A stretch of 64,000 bases of DNA from an uncultured delta proteobacterium (lineage in GTDB: Bacteria; Desulfobacterota; Syntrophorhabdia; Syntrophorhabdales; WCHB1-27). Made by a program: the position numbers and the translations under genes. The notes under the pieces were generated by a model that saw nothing but the letters and a program-made list of their open reading frames with translations, was not told where the DNA came from and made no database searches. The stretch spans positions 640,001-704,000 of the forward strand of contig CAWEPK010000008.1 in NCBI GenBank assembly GCA_963810935.1, in the 5' to 3' direction. Shown one piece after another: positions 1 to 9,989 of the stretch (its first letter is position 1; every line of letters starts with the position of its first letter).

Positions 1-519
1 GCGGGCTTCTCACTCGTCTTCATAACGCTCGGCCTCTCATCTTCGATCCTGGGGAGCCTTTTCGCCGCGTACCAGAAGTGGATCATGGTGGTAGGCGGCA
101 TCGTTCTGATCGTCATGGGCCTCAATATGCTCGGCCTGTTCAAGATACCTTTTTTGAACCGGGAAAAGACGGTGCATGTCGAAGGCAAGGCCGGGGGGTT
201 TTTAGGCTCCGTCCTCGTGGGCGTGACATTTTCCCTTGGCTGGACGCCCTGCATAGGGCCCGTGCTCGCCTCCATACTGATTATCTCGGCTACCGGCAAG
301 TCGGTCTGGGGCGGCTTCTATCTGCTCGGCCTCTATTCGCTCGGCCTCGCCATACCTTTTTTTCTAGCGGCTGTTTTTGTAGGACGGCTGATGAACTTCA
401 TGCAGCGGTTCGGCCACATAGTACGCTATGCGTCGATGGCCCTCGGCGTCTTACTCATCGCCCTCGGCCTTTTGCTCGTCACCGGGTTTTTCTCTACGAT
501 TACCAGGTTTTTCGGCTGA
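1..519 (+). CDS. ccdA: Cytochrome c biogenesis protein CcdA/DsbD-like, 5'-truncated by window edge
   Basis: Frame open from base 1; hydrophobic helices, 'GWTPCIGPVLASIL' and 'YSLGLAIPF' motifs. Confidence 0.9.
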   Translation, partial: AGFSLVFITLGLSSSILGSLFAAYQKWIMVVGGIVLIVMGLNMLGLFKIPFLNREKTVHVEGKAGGFLGSVLVGVTFSLGWTPCIGPVLASILIISATGKSVWGGFYLLGLYSLGLAIPFFLAAVFVGRLMNFMQRFGHIVRYASMALGVLLIALGLLLVTGFFSTITRFFG

Positions 520-543
520 CTCCGGCCCCACCCCAATAGAGCA

Positions 544-1440
544 CTATGGTTCTAGCTGGCGCAACTCCAATTCAAATCTGTCGCTGAACTTCTTCATCAC
601 CCTGTGCTCTATCTGCCGCACCCTCTCCCTGGAGATGCGGAACCGCACCCCTATCTGCTGGAGGGTAAAAGGCTCTTCCGCCATGATCCGGTGGTTGAAA
701 ATGAAAAGCTCTTTGTCGTTAAGCAGTGACCTGAACTCGGCCACTTTCTTTTCGAGGATCTCCCTTTTCTCCTTGGTGGCCACCTCTTCTTCTATATTCT
801 CATCCGACTTTATCAGGTCGATAAAGGTTTCCTCGCCTTCGTCGTACAGGGGATACTCCAGGGAGACGTCCGTATAGGAGAGGCGTTTCTCCATGTCCTC
901 GACTTCCGACACTTTGACGTCGAGGGTGTTGGCTATCAATTGGGGCGCCGGAAAGATGCCTTCCGACTCCAGCTTTTTCTTCTCCTTGTTGAGTCTGTAA
1001 AAGAGCTTCCTCTGCCCCTGCGTCGTACCTACCTTGACGATGCTCCACGAATCCATGATGTGCTTAAGTATATACGCCCTTATCCAGAATGAGGCGTACG
1101 TGGAAAAACGTGTGCCTTTGTAAGGGTTGTACTTCCGGACTGCGTGGACGAGGCCGACGTTGCCCTCCTGGATCAGGTCGAGGATGTTCAGATACGAGTT
1201 GTAATATTCGAGGGCTATTTTAACTACCAGCTTGAGGTTCGATACGACGAGCCGCTGCGACGATTCGGGGTCCTTGAAGCGGTGCGCCTTCTCGGCCACT
1301 TCCCGCTCCTCCTCGCGCGACAGGACCTGGTACCTCGATACCTCCGAAAGATACTTCTTCAGCGTATCGAAGGGCAGGACGGACTCTTCCTGCTCTTTTA
1401 CCGGACCCTTTCCGTCCTCGAGAAAAGTCTCTTGGAACAA
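544..1440 (-). CDS. RpoH-like sigma-70 family RNA polymerase sigma factor
   Basis: 'DLIQEGNVGL', 'RFSTYASFWIRA', RpoH-box-like 'VGTTQGQRKLFYRL', region 4 'ISRERVRQIE'. Confidence 0.9.
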   Translation of the reverse strand: MFQETFLEDGKGPVKEQEESVLPFDTLKKYLSEVSRYQVLSREEEREVAEKAHRFKDPESSQRLVVSNLKLVVKIALEYYNSYLNILDLIQEGNVGLVHAVRKYNPYKGTRFSTYASFWIRAYILKHIMDSWSIVKVGTTQGQRKLFYRLNKEKKKLESEGIFPAPQLIANTLDVKVSEVEDMEKRLSYTDVSLEYPLYDEGEETFIDLIKSDENIEEEVATKEKREILEKKVAEFRSLLNDKELFIFNHRIMAEEPFTLQQIGVRFRISRERVRQIEHRVMKKFSDRFELELRQLEP

Positions 1441-1445
1441 AAAGA

Positions 1446-2447
1446 TTACGCCCTTCTTTTTATTTGGATAAGCTCGGCAACGATGCTTACCGCGATCTCT
1501 TGCGGCGTCTCCGCCTGTATGCTAAGGCCGATAGGTGCGTGAACCGCTTCGAGCGCCGCTTCAGGTACGCCCTTCCGCTTCAAGTGGTCATAAATCATCT
1601 TCGTCTTTCGCCTGCTGCCGATCATGCCTATGTAACGTGTAGGCTTTTTCATTGCCTCTTCCAGCACAAGGGCGTCATGCTTATGGCCTCGTGTGAGTAT
1701 GGCGATGTACTCCCTGCCGCTGAATTGAAGCCGGTCGAATACACTCTGGAAGTTATCGACGATGACCTCCTGCGCCTCCGGGAACCTTTCCCGGTTTGCG
1801 AATTCTTCCCGGTCGTCTATGATGGTGACATCAAAATCGGCCAGCGCCGCAATCTTCGATACGAATTGCGAGACGTGACCTGCGCCGAACAGGTAAAGCG
1901 TCGGCGACGATATCACCGGCTCTATAATAAGCCCGTCAGCCACGACAGGCCCTTTCGCTCCGAGGTGCGACCCGACGTGTTCCTTCATCTCCTCCGTCAG
2001 ATCATCCCCGCTTATCAAACCGACCTGTCCAAGCAGGCTTTTCGAGAACGAATCGCTCGTGAACCTTGTTATAATGAAAGCATCCTTGCCCGTCTTTTCA
2101 AGGTCCCTTATCCCGGTATAGAGGTTTTTATAGCGGGGAAGGGCCGGCTCTAAAAAGATATCGACGTTCCCGCCGCATATCATCCCGTCGTCCTCGACGA
2201 GACCGCCGTCCAGCCTGTAGCTCAGCATCCTGGGCTTTTGCGTCTTCGTAACGTTTCTGGCGGCCGTCCAGATCTCTGCCTCAACGCAGCCGCCGCCGAT
2301 GGTGCCGAAGATTCGGCCGTCGTCGCCGATGAACATCTTGGCGCCCTCGTCCCTGGGGGCCGCCCCCAGCTTCTTCACGATCGTGGCGATCGTCCCGCTT
2401 TGTCCTCTGGACAAGTAATCCTCAACAGCCTCATAAACGTCCATCAT
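1446..2447 (-). CDS. xdhC: XdhC/CoxI family molybdenum cofactor insertion chaperone
   Basis: 'GTIGGGCVE', 'MICGG', 'LFGAGHVS', 'YIGMIGSRRK', 'APIGLSIQAETPQEIAVSIVAELI'. Confidence 0.9.
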   Translation of the reverse strand: MMDVYEAVEDYLSRGQSGTIATIVKKLGAAPRDEGAKMFIGDDGRIFGTIGGGCVEAEIWTAARNVTKTQKPRMLSYRLDGGLVEDDGMICGGNVDIFLEPALPRYKNLYTGIRDLEKTGKDAFIITRFTSDSFSKSLLGQVGLISGDDLTEEMKEHVGSHLGAKGPVVADGLIIEPVISSPTLYLFGAGHVSQFVSKIAALADFDVTIIDDREEFANRERFPEAQEVIVDNFQSVFDRLQFSGREYIAILTRGHKHDALVLEEAMKKPTRYIGMIGSRRKTKMIYDHLKRKGVPEAALEAVHAPIGLSIQAETPQEIAVSIVAELIQIKRRA

Positions 2448-2451
2448 CGCC

Positions 2452-3260
2452 TCACTTCGAATGGTTAAAACGATGCATTATCGCTTCCACCACCCCACCC
2501 GCTATCGCCCGGGCCTTCTCCGATATAGTGAAACACTGCCGTCTTTCACCGCGCGCGTCGATATCGCCGACCTTTTCTTTGTCCCATACCCTAATGGGCC
2601 TGATAAGGCCGCGAACCATGCCGTCAATGGAGGCGGCAACAGGTACTTCATCCACATAGAGAATCACGTCGCCCTTCTTCACGCTGTCCCCTATCGATTT
2701 AATGGGCTTCACCAGCCCCGCGCGCGGCGCGCGAAGCACCCTTTCAGCGGCGAACCCGCCGATTGCGCCGGGCACGCCCGTGAAGGGCTCAGCCTCGCCC
2801 CCCCAGATTACCCTGCCCATGTCGTGTCCCCTGTTGCTCTCTACGACTGCGTCCACCCCATCGGGCGCCCTGAAGCCGGGACCGACCCCGATGACGAGCC
2901 TGCCGGGCAGTGCTTTTTCCTTCAGCGGCGGCTTCGCCTTCTTCATCATCGTCGCGTCTATCAGCACATCATAGTCAAAACCTGTTAAGAACGCGGCCGC
3001 TTCATCGACCAGCACCGCTATCGCTTTCCTATCCCAGACAGCGGCGACATCCGATAAATCGTCGATGTGCTCCGCCCTCACGCCCTCAACCGTCATGGAA
3101 CCTTCCCAGACGGCCTCGCAGAAGGCGACCCCCCTGCGCACGGCAAGCGGCTCAGGCGCCTCCGACATCAAAATGGATGTGAAGCCGCATGTGAAAAGCC
3201 TGTGGGCGATGCCTGTAGCCATCTCGCCCGCTCCCATGATCGCTATCTTCAGATTTTTCG
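2452..3260 (-). CDS. yqeB: YqeB (EF2563-type) selenium-dependent molybdenum hydroxylase system protein; start approximate
   Basis: 'GAGEMATGIAHRL', 'AVRRGVAFCEAV', 'IGVGPGF', 'VESNRGHDMGR', 'KVGDIDAR', 'ISEKARAIAGGV'. Confidence 0.85.
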
Positions 3261-3262
3261 TC

Positions 3263-4279
3263 TTAAGCCCCCCTTCCGAAATAACAGTTCGGGAAGTGAC
3301 ATTGGGCGCAGTGCACGCAAAGCCCGCCCGCAGCAAGCGAGCGCACTGAAGCGGCGGTCATTTTCATGCCTGCCATTATCCTGGGCAGCACTATATCGAG
3401 CATCGTGTTCGTCGCGAAATAGACGCACGCTGGCGCCCCCAGTATATAACGGCCACGGAGACGAGCAACGAGGAACATCGCACCCGGAAATACCGGCGCG
3501 CCGTAAGAGATGATCCGCGCACCCGTCGCCTCGACCCCTTCTTTTGTAAGGTCGTCCGGGTCCACGGACAGGCCGCTCGTCGTTATCACGATGTCGGCGC
3601 CTATCCGGAAAAGCTCCTGTATGGCATCCCGTATCAGGCCGACCTCGTCACTGACCACTTTTTTCCCGGCTATCGTAAGGCCGTATCCCCTTAGTTTCTT
3701 CTCGACGCGGGGCGACGCGTCCGTTATCCTACCGGTCGCCACCTCCGTACCCGTCACCACGAGCCCTGCCTTCATCGGAGCAAAAGGCAATACCCTGACC
3801 GGACCTTTTCGCGCCGCTTCCTCCGCTTTCTTCAGGCGGTTTTCGGCGATATAGAGTGGCACGATCCTAGTGGCCGCAACGACGTCTCCCGCCTTCACCG
3901 GGTATTTATCGGGAAGCGTCGTAAAAACGACGTGCTCGATGCTGTTCAGCTCAATGAGGCGGGCCCGGTTGACGTTAAGCAGGCCGTCGACCCTGCTCCT
4001 GATATTGAACCGCCCCTCCTTGGCAGGGACGATCTCCATGGTTTCATCGATGGCGGCCGTTGCTATGCGCTTTCCCGCCTCGTCCTCATGGACCTCCCGC
4101 TCTTTGCCGTCGGTCACGAAGATGTGCCCCTTCCCCATATCGAGGAGCTTCTCCACGTCGGACTTCTTTATGATCCGGCCGCGCCTGAACGTCGCATCTT
4201 TCATCTTGCCTGGAACGATCTCAGTAATGTCGTGGGCGAGTACCAGCCCCACCGCTTCTTCGACTTTAACCTTTTTCAA
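3263..4279 (-). CDS. Molybdopterin-binding protein (MoeA/CinA-like) with C-terminal Cys cluster
   Basis: 'VLAHDITEIVPG', 'GLSVDPDDLT', 'YGAPVFPGAM', C-terminal 'CVHCAQCHFPNCYFG'. Confidence 0.8.
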   Translation of the reverse strand: MKKVKVEEAVGLVLAHDITEIVPGKMKDATFRRGRIIKKSDVEKLLDMGKGHIFVTDGKEREVHEDEAGKRIATAAIDETMEIVPAKEGRFNIRSRVDGLLNVNRARLIELNSIEHVVFTTLPDKYPVKAGDVVAATRIVPLYIAENRLKKAEEAARKGPVRVLPFAPMKAGLVVTGTEVATGRITDASPRVEKKLRGYGLTIAGKKVVSDEVGLIRDAIQELFRIGADIVITTSGLSVDPDDLTKEGVEATGARIISYGAPVFPGAMFLVARLRGRYILGAPACVYFATNTMLDIVLPRIMAGMKMTAASVRSLAAGGLCVHCAQCHFPNCYFGRGA

Positions 4280-4907
4280 CCCTGTAGCCCCTCCTCCTCA
4301 AAAGATCTATATCCTCCTGCGTGTCCAGGTCCAGCACGCTGCCTTCACCGCCCTCCACGAAGAGCGCCTCTTTGCCCGCCGCTGAGACCATATCGCGCAG
4401 ACCCCATTCACCCTCTATCGCCCTCATCGCCTCCAGGTGCCTTTTCACGTCTACCAGCACAGGATGGCCCTTTACGCCCTCGTGCCCGGCTACTATGATC
4501 GAGCCGCCCCCTGACGCGTATGCTTCCAATACCCGGTCGATAGTCTCCGGCAAAAGCAACGGCTTGTCGCCCAGGTGGAGCATCGCGAGGTCAAACGCCT
4601 CGATCACGGGCAGGGCCGCCCTGATAGTGGCCGACATGCCTTCCTGGTGGCGTTCATTATGGACGAACGTGACCGGCAGTCCCGAAAGCTCGTTCTCGAT
4701 CCTTTCCGCCTCGAAGCCTGTCACTACAACAATTTCGTCCACTGCCGCCGTAAAAAGACCTACGGTCTTTTTCACAACGGCTTCTCCGTTCACCCGCACG
4801 CACAACTTATTAAAGCCGAGTCTCTTTGACGAGCCTGCGGCCAGGACAACGGCGACTATTCGCTTTATCGATTGGTCAGGAAAGGTATGGCTGCGGAAGG
4901 CGTTCAT
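4266..4907 (-). CDS. mocA: Molybdenum cofactor nucleotidyltransferase (MocA/YgfJ-like)
   Basis: 'VLAAGSSKRLGFNKL', 'GMSATI', 'LGDKP', 'GHPVL', 'DLDTQED'. Confidence 0.8.
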   Translation of the reverse strand: MNAFRSHTFPDQSIKRIVAVVLAAGSSKRLGFNKLCVRVNGEAVVKKTVGLFTAAVDEIVVVTGFEAERIENELSGLPVTFVHNERHQEGMSATIRAALPVIEAFDLAMLHLGDKPLLLPETIDRVLEAYASGGGSIIVAGHEGVKGHPVLVDVKRHLEAMRAIEGEWGLRDMVSAAGKEALFVEGGEGSVLDLDTQEDIDLLRRRGYRVEKG

Positions 4908-4938
4908 CTCTGGTTGGGGTTGAGCGACCTCGGGTCCG

Positions 4939-5166
4939 TTAATCCGAGCGCGCGCCTTTGGCTGCGCCCGCGTCCGGCCCGATCTGGCGGTTCAGGTCTG
5001 TTATCAGCGCTTCCACGTCTATCCCGTGGACCTCGGCCCCCTGCTCGATGCTTTCGAATAATGCCGCCTGGCAGCCGACGCAGCCGAGCCCGTGCCTCTC
5101 GAAGATCGACACGGTCTCCGGGTACTTCCTAACCACTTCTTCGATGGACATCTTCCTGTTTATCAT
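4939..5166 (-). CDS. DUF1858 / hybrid-cluster-associated redox disulfide domain protein
   Basis: 'KYPETVSIFERHGLGCVGC...ESIEQGAEVHGID'. Confidence 0.85.
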   Translation of the reverse strand: MINRKMSIEEVVRKYPETVSIFERHGLGCVGCQAALFESIEQGAEVHGIDVEALITDLNRQIGPDAGAAKGARSD

Positions 5167-5211
5167 ACCTGCTCCCCGTCCGCTATAACCCCGGCCCCAC
5201 CCGCCGTATAA

Positions 5212-5773
5212 TTAAAACACATCCGCGGAGAAGATGTATATAGCCGTTCCCTTCGACTGCCATGCGTTCGGCGGCAGTCCGGCTTTCAGGCACGTATGCT
5301 TCAGGAACGTCTCCCTGTCCCAGCCGTTCTCCGTCGCGACCTGGGGAAGCAAAAGCCCCGAACCCGAGTCGCCCTGGATATAAATGCCGTGGACGCCCAC
5401 TTCTATCTCGCCCACGTCGCTTATCTTCTTCATCGGCGTCAGGACCGATATCTCGATATCCGTCTGCCGCCATTCGTCAACGTTTAGAGGCATGAAGCGG
5501 GGGTCGTGGAACGCCGCCTCGACCGCCATCCGTTTAACCGTCTCGTCGAGGGGTGCGTAAGCCTTTAGGTAGCCGATGCAGCCCTTCAGCTCGCCCTTGG
5601 TCTTCAGGCAGACAAAGGCCCCCATCTTCTTTTTGAGGGTCTTCGGGACGTCGGGCGCCTCCTCCTGCCTGCCGAGAAGCACGTCTTCAATGGAGTCTCC
5701 GTGCAAGGTCCTTCAGTATCCGCCTCTCCTCGTCGGAGAAATGAAGGTCGGTCCCTGCCTTACGGTCCGCCAC
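5212..5773 (-). CDS. amrA: AmmeMemoRadiSam system protein A (AMMECR1 domain); apparent frameshift near 5700
   Basis: 'GAFVCL...LKGCIG', 'AAFHDPRF', 'EISVLTP', 'LLLPQVA', 'CLKAGL'; N-terminus 'VADRK...EERRILKDLA' lies in the adjacent frame. Confidence 0.85.
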
Positions 5774-5776
5774 TTC

Positions 5777-6617
5777 CTATTTCCCTCCATAGAACGCACA
5801 CGAAACGTAGCCGACGACGCCGCTCATGTCACCCGTTACGTCCCCGGAATTCGCATAGTTAAGCACCTTTGCGCTGGACGCGCCCAGGCCCTGGCATACG
5901 ACCATGGAGGCCAGTATCGCGCCTGCGCCGCATGCCTCGTATTTCTCATGCGTCACGCCCTCGGCCAGCCCCTTGAGGTCGAACCGCTCGATCATCTCTA
6001 TCCCCGCCTTGTCGAGCGTTACAGCTATCCCATAGGCATAGTAATGGGAAAGGTCCGTGCTCCCTATTACTAGGTATTCCCCTTCCCTGCCCTTGATCGT
6101 CTCGCAAATCGAGCTCTCCGAGCTCCATGGAGCCGTACGGGTCCTGGGCGGACCCCATGATGAGGGGCACTATCCTGAAGCCTTGGGGGAGGACGGTCTG
6201 GAGGAAAGGTATCTGGACCTCTATGGAGTGCTCGCCACGGTGCATCTTGGCATCTGCGTGGACCAGGTCGCCCGCTTTAACGAGCGCGTCCGCGAGGTCC
6301 TCGTCGATGTCCACCAGGCCGAGGGGCGTCTTATAGGCCCCCGTATCCTGCACGGCTGCGCCTATAAAGAATGAGCGGTGGCTCGGCGCGAGGATGATGA
6401 CCGTATCGTAACGGCGCCCGGCAACGGCCTTGTAGCCGTAAGCCGCCGTCGGACCGGAGTACATATATCCCGCGTGCGGAGATAAAAGCCCCCGGATATC
6501 TCCCGGTATATCCGCCGGGCGGACCTTGCTCAGATACGTCTCGATATCGGATTTCAACACGTCGGGGTTGCGGGGATAAAACGTGCCGGCGACTGAAGGC
6601 TCTCTGATCTCACCCAT
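5777..6617 (-). CDS. amrB: AmmeMemoRadiSam system protein B (MEMO1 family); apparent frameshift near 6110
   Basis: 'REPSVAGTFYP', 'SPHAGYMYSG', 'EHSIEVQIPFLQ'; C-terminus 'EACGAG...YANSGDVTGD...VVGY' in another frame. Confidence 0.85.
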
Positions 6618-6789
6618 TCTAAGCGTACCGTCCTTTGGCTTATTATAACATAATTATAAATTAACTCAGGTAGAAGAAATTGCGCGGTATGCTTCGCGGT
6701 TATGTGGTAGGCTACCGGCAGGGCAAAGGTATGTCAGGCGACGCATTGCACAGGCTTGAGGAAGTATCCGGCAGGGGCGCCGGGACGGC

Positions 6790-9063
6790 TTGTTCGTAGC
6801 CGCAGTCCTCGCCTTTTGCGGAGGCATCTACCTGGAGGCGCTTTACGGCGCACGCCTGGCGCTCATTCTTACGGCCGCCATTATATCGATGGCGATCCTG
6901 CCGTTTGCGCTAAAATCCGCTAAGATATTCGCCCTCCTGCTCCTGGCCGGCTTCATGTTCTGCGGCGGAGCGCGGCTCGCCTTTATCGACGCACGACAAG
7001 GGGCGCCTGACGAGAACGGAGACAAACAGGTCTACGAGGGCACTGTTGTGGAAAGCTCTTCCCGCCTCAAGGTGCTCGCCCTTACCGGTCCCGACCGCCT
7101 GGCAGGGATGCGCGTAGTATTTTTCTCCGGCGTCGACCTCCCCCTCTCCCAGAACGTCAGGGTTTTCGGGACGATCAGGGCCATCGTGCCCGGTTTTCAA
7201 AACCCCGGCAGCCTCTCCTGGAAATGGGTAAAGCGGTTCGAAGGGATCTCTTACGAAGTTAAAGGCAACCTGCTCTCATCGGCGCCGGGCAGGGACCCCG
7301 TTGCATCGCTCCGGCGCTACTTCAAGGAAAACATAGAGAGATCGGGAGCGCAGAGCACCGAAATACTCAAGGCGCTGACCATAGGCGACAGGACCGCCGT
7401 CACAACTGCGCAGAATGAATTATTCCTCCACACGGGCACGTCGCATATCCTCGCCATCTCGGGCTTCAATGTAGGCATCATATCGGGATTTTTCTTTTTC
7501 CTCGCAAGGGCGGGCTTCCGGCTGATAAGACGCTTCCGCATGTCCGGGAGGGACCGGAGATATGCCGCCCTAATCACGATACCCTTCCCCTTCGTTTTCA
7601 TGCTCGTGGCAGGCGCCGGTGTTTCCGTGATCCGGGCGGCGATCATGATCGCAGTCTTCATGCTCGCCGTCTTCATGGAGCGCGAAAAGGACTTTTACAA
7701 TACCGCGGCCCTGGCTGCCCTCGTCATTCTGCTCGTTTACCCCCATTCGCTCATGACGCCCTCCTTCCAGCTTACCTTCCTGAGCCTTCTCTTTATCGTT
7801 ATGGTCATGCGAAGGCTTATGCCGTTCCTGGTCCGTATAAAGAACAGGGTCGCCCTCTGGTCCCTCTCGACCGTCCTATCTACGGCGGCCGCCACGCTCG
7901 GCACGGCCCCGATAGTGCTCTACTATTTTTATGGGATCAACCCATTCTCCATACTGCACAACCTCGTGACGGTACCGCTCATGGGCGTTTGCGCCACCGT
8001 GCTCGGCCTCGTCGGCATGATTACGCCATACGGATGGCCCCTGCTCCTTCCGGCAGGGAAGATCGCCGGGATAAACCTTGCCCTGCTTCACCGGCTCGAT
8101 TTCGGATACCTTTACCCGCTTATAAGACCCACGCTTTCGGAGATGGCCCTTTATTACGCGATCCTCATCGCCCTCATCCATCTGCATAAACGGTTCGTGC
8201 CCGCTCTCCTTCTCTGCGTCCTGGTCCCCCTATCGGCCCTCCAGGCTTACGCGGACTATCGGGAGCGGTTCAACACCGACCTCGGCATCTTCTTTATCGA
8301 CGTAGGCCAGGGGAATGCAGCGCTGATAGAAGGACCGGGGGGCTTCAGGGCCTTAGTCGACGGCGGCGGCTTCCCCGATTCCGATTTCGATATGGGCAGG
8401 CAGGTGATAACACCCTTTCTGCTTTACCGGAAGATACGGACCGTCGATTACGTCATCAATACGCACCCGCACGCGGACCACATAGGCGGACTTGCGTACG
8501 TGATGCGCAATTTCAATGTCTCCCGGCTCGTCGCGGGCGGCCTTTATCCCCTGGAGCGGAAATCGCGCGATCTGATCGAGGCCGCTCGTTCCAGGGGAGT
8601 GCAGTGCCTTGTATGGAAAAAGGGAGACGCCATAACGACCGGCGCTTTTACGATAGACGTGCTCCATCCGGACGGCCCCGTCTTATGGGACGACCCGAAT
8701 AACAGCGCCCTGGTGCTGAAAATCCGTTACGGGCAGACCTCGTTCCTGCTGCCCGCAGATATAGGAAGCGACGTGGAGAAATGGATGGTGGCGTCCGGCC
8801 TCCCCTTAAGGTCCGACGTCCTGGAGGTCCCGCATCACGGCAGCGCCAATTCGAGCAGCTTTGCGTTCATTGCCGCAGTCAGGCCGACGCTCGCAGTAGT
8901 CAGCGCCCGCCCCGGCCGGATACTCCGCCTGCCGAGCCCTGCGGCGCTCAGCCGGTACAAGGCCCTTTCGATACCCGTCTTGCAGACGGACATGCAGGGC
9001 TGCGTCGAGGTCCGTACCGACGGCCGCCGCATCACGTGGCGGACGTACGGGGAGAAATGGTAA
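6790..9063 (+). CDS. comEC: DNA internalization competence protein ComEC/Rec2
   Basis: 'HILAISGFNVG', 'SFQLTF', metallo-beta-lactamase domain 'IDVGQG', 'THPHADHIGG', 'NNSALVL', 'PHHGS'. Confidence 0.93.
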   Translation: MFVAAVLAFCGGIYLEALYGARLALILTAAIISMAILPFALKSAKIFALLLLAGFMFCGGARLAFIDARQGAPDENGDKQVYEGTVVESSSRLKVLALTGPDRLAGMRVVFFSGVDLPLSQNVRVFGTIRAIVPGFQNPGSLSWKWVKRFEGISYEVKGNLLSSAPGRDPVASLRRYFKENIERSGAQSTEILKALTIGDRTAVTTAQNELFLHTGTSHILAISGFNVGIISGFFFFLARAGFRLIRRFRMSGRDRRYAALITIPFPFVFMLVAGAGVSVIRAAIMIAVFMLAVFMEREKDFYNTAALAALVILLVYPHSLMTPSFQLTFLSLLFIVMVMRRLMPFLVRIKNRVALWSLSTVLSTAAATLGTAPIVLYYFYGINPFSILHNLVTVPLMGVCATVLGLVGMITPYGWPLLLPAGKIAGINLALLHRLDFGYLYPLIRPTLSEMALYYAILIALIHLHKRFVPALLLCVLVPLSALQAYADYRERFNTDLGIFFIDVGQGNAALIEGPGGFRALVDGGGFPDSDFDMGRQVITPFLLYRKIRTVDYVINTHPHADHIGGLAYVMRNFNVSRLVAGGLYPLERKSRDLIEAARSRGVQCLVWKKGDAITTGAFTIDVLHPDGPVLWDDPNNSALVLKIRYGQTSFLLPADIGSDVEKWMVASGLPLRSDVLEVPHHGSANSSSFAFIAAVRPTLAVVSARPGRILRLPSPAALSRYKALSIPVLQTDMQGCVEVRTDGRRITWRTYGEKW

Positions 9064-9096
9064 AGGCGGAAGAGTACGACAGAGGCAAGAGAAAAG

Positions 9097-9215
9097 AGGC
9101 GCACCCCACGGGCTAAACGGGATCTATGTCCCAACGGTCTCTCGGACCGTGCCGTTCATGACGGCTGGTGGTCACCCGAAGGCGCCACAATTGCCTTTGA
9201 TGTGGGGTGCCGCCT
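9097..9215 (-). ncRNA. Candidate structured small RNA (~119 nt, multi-branch junction); family unknown
   Basis: 5'/3' closing helix AGGC-G-GCACCCCAC/GTGGGGTGC-GCCT; four internal hairpins including a cUUCGg loop; followed by a U-rich tail and preceded by a sigma70-like promoter. Confidence 0.55.
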
Positions 9216-9222
9216 GGATATG

Positions 9223-9251
9223 AATTTACATCCAGGCATTGAAATTTGCAA
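9223..9251 (-). promoter_or_regulatory. Sigma70-like promoter for the candidate sRNA, overlapped by an inverted repeat (9212-9237)
   Basis: Minus strand TTGCAA-N17-TAAATT; gcctggat..atccaggc palindrome spans the -10 box and start site. Confidence 0.5.
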
Positions 9252-9287
9252 GGGATAATCTTGTCGCGAGCGCCGCAGCACCCGTCT

Positions 9288-9989
9288 CTATAGCGGCTTG
9301 TTCACGAAGACTATGGACGGGGTAACCAGGACACTTTCGAACCTGGACTCCCTTTCCGACTTGCCCCCGAATTTCTTCTTTGTCACGTTGGAGGCGGCCT
9401 GCTCGTCCACGAGCTGCTTGATAAAGCCTACCATGCCGTAGTTATGGCCCCGCTCCGGGACCTTCAGCTTCAGTTTGGGCGCCAGCCACGAGCGGAAGAA
9501 ACCTCGCTTCGAATATGAGCCGAGGTCCAACTCCCGGCCGTCCGGCCAGTCGTCCAGGTAGCCCGTGCACCAATCCTCGATAGCGTAGACCCCGCCCGGC
9601 TTCAGGTGGTTGTCAAACAAATGCCAGAAGGCCGTCTTCGTCAGCTCCCCCAGGTGGGAGGCGTCATCGATAATGATGTCAAACCCTTCCGGGGCAGTCT
9701 CCTCGGCAACCCGCGTCAAAAACGCCGGGTCCGCCTGGCTGCCCTCATAGACCCGGATGCGCTCCTCCGGATTAAACCCAGCCGGCAGGCGGATATCGAT
9801 GCCCACTATCTGCCCTTTCAAGAAGTAATCCCGCCACAGCAGCAGAGACGCCCCCTTTTGGACCCCCAGCTCGAGCAAGACGATCTCCTTTCCGACCCAG
9901 GGCGCAAAAACCTTATCATATGGCCCAAGCAGCCCGCCGCCTATCTTGTCCGAATCATACAGTTTAAGGTCCAACTCCGCGCTTCGCAT
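9288..9989 (-). CDS. Class I SAM-dependent methyltransferase (MycE/TylE-like O-methyltransferase domain)
   Basis: 'LLELGVQKGASL', 'IVGIDI', 'GSQAD', 'FDIIIDDASH', 'LKPGGVYAIED'. Confidence 0.8.
   Translation of the reverse strand: MRSAELDLKLYDSDKIGGGLLGPYDKVFAPWVGKEIVLLELGVQKGASLLLWRDYFLKGQIVGIDIRLPAGFNPEERIRVYEGSQADPAFLTRVAEETAPEGFDIIIDDASHLGELTKTAFWHLFDNHLKPGGVYAIEDWCTGYLDDWPDGRELDLGSYSKRGFFRSWLAPKLKLKVPERGHNYGMVGFIKQLVDEQAASNVTKKKFGGKSERESRFESVLVTPSIVFVNKPL

Noticed and set aside
9097..9215. 5S rRNA, tRNA-Sec, c-di-GMP-I or guanidine-I riboswitch as identity of the structured RNA
   Set aside because: Only short fragmentary resemblances; lacks the 5S CCGAAC loop, a T-loop/UCA anticodon loop and riboswitch cores, and is not upstream of a gene
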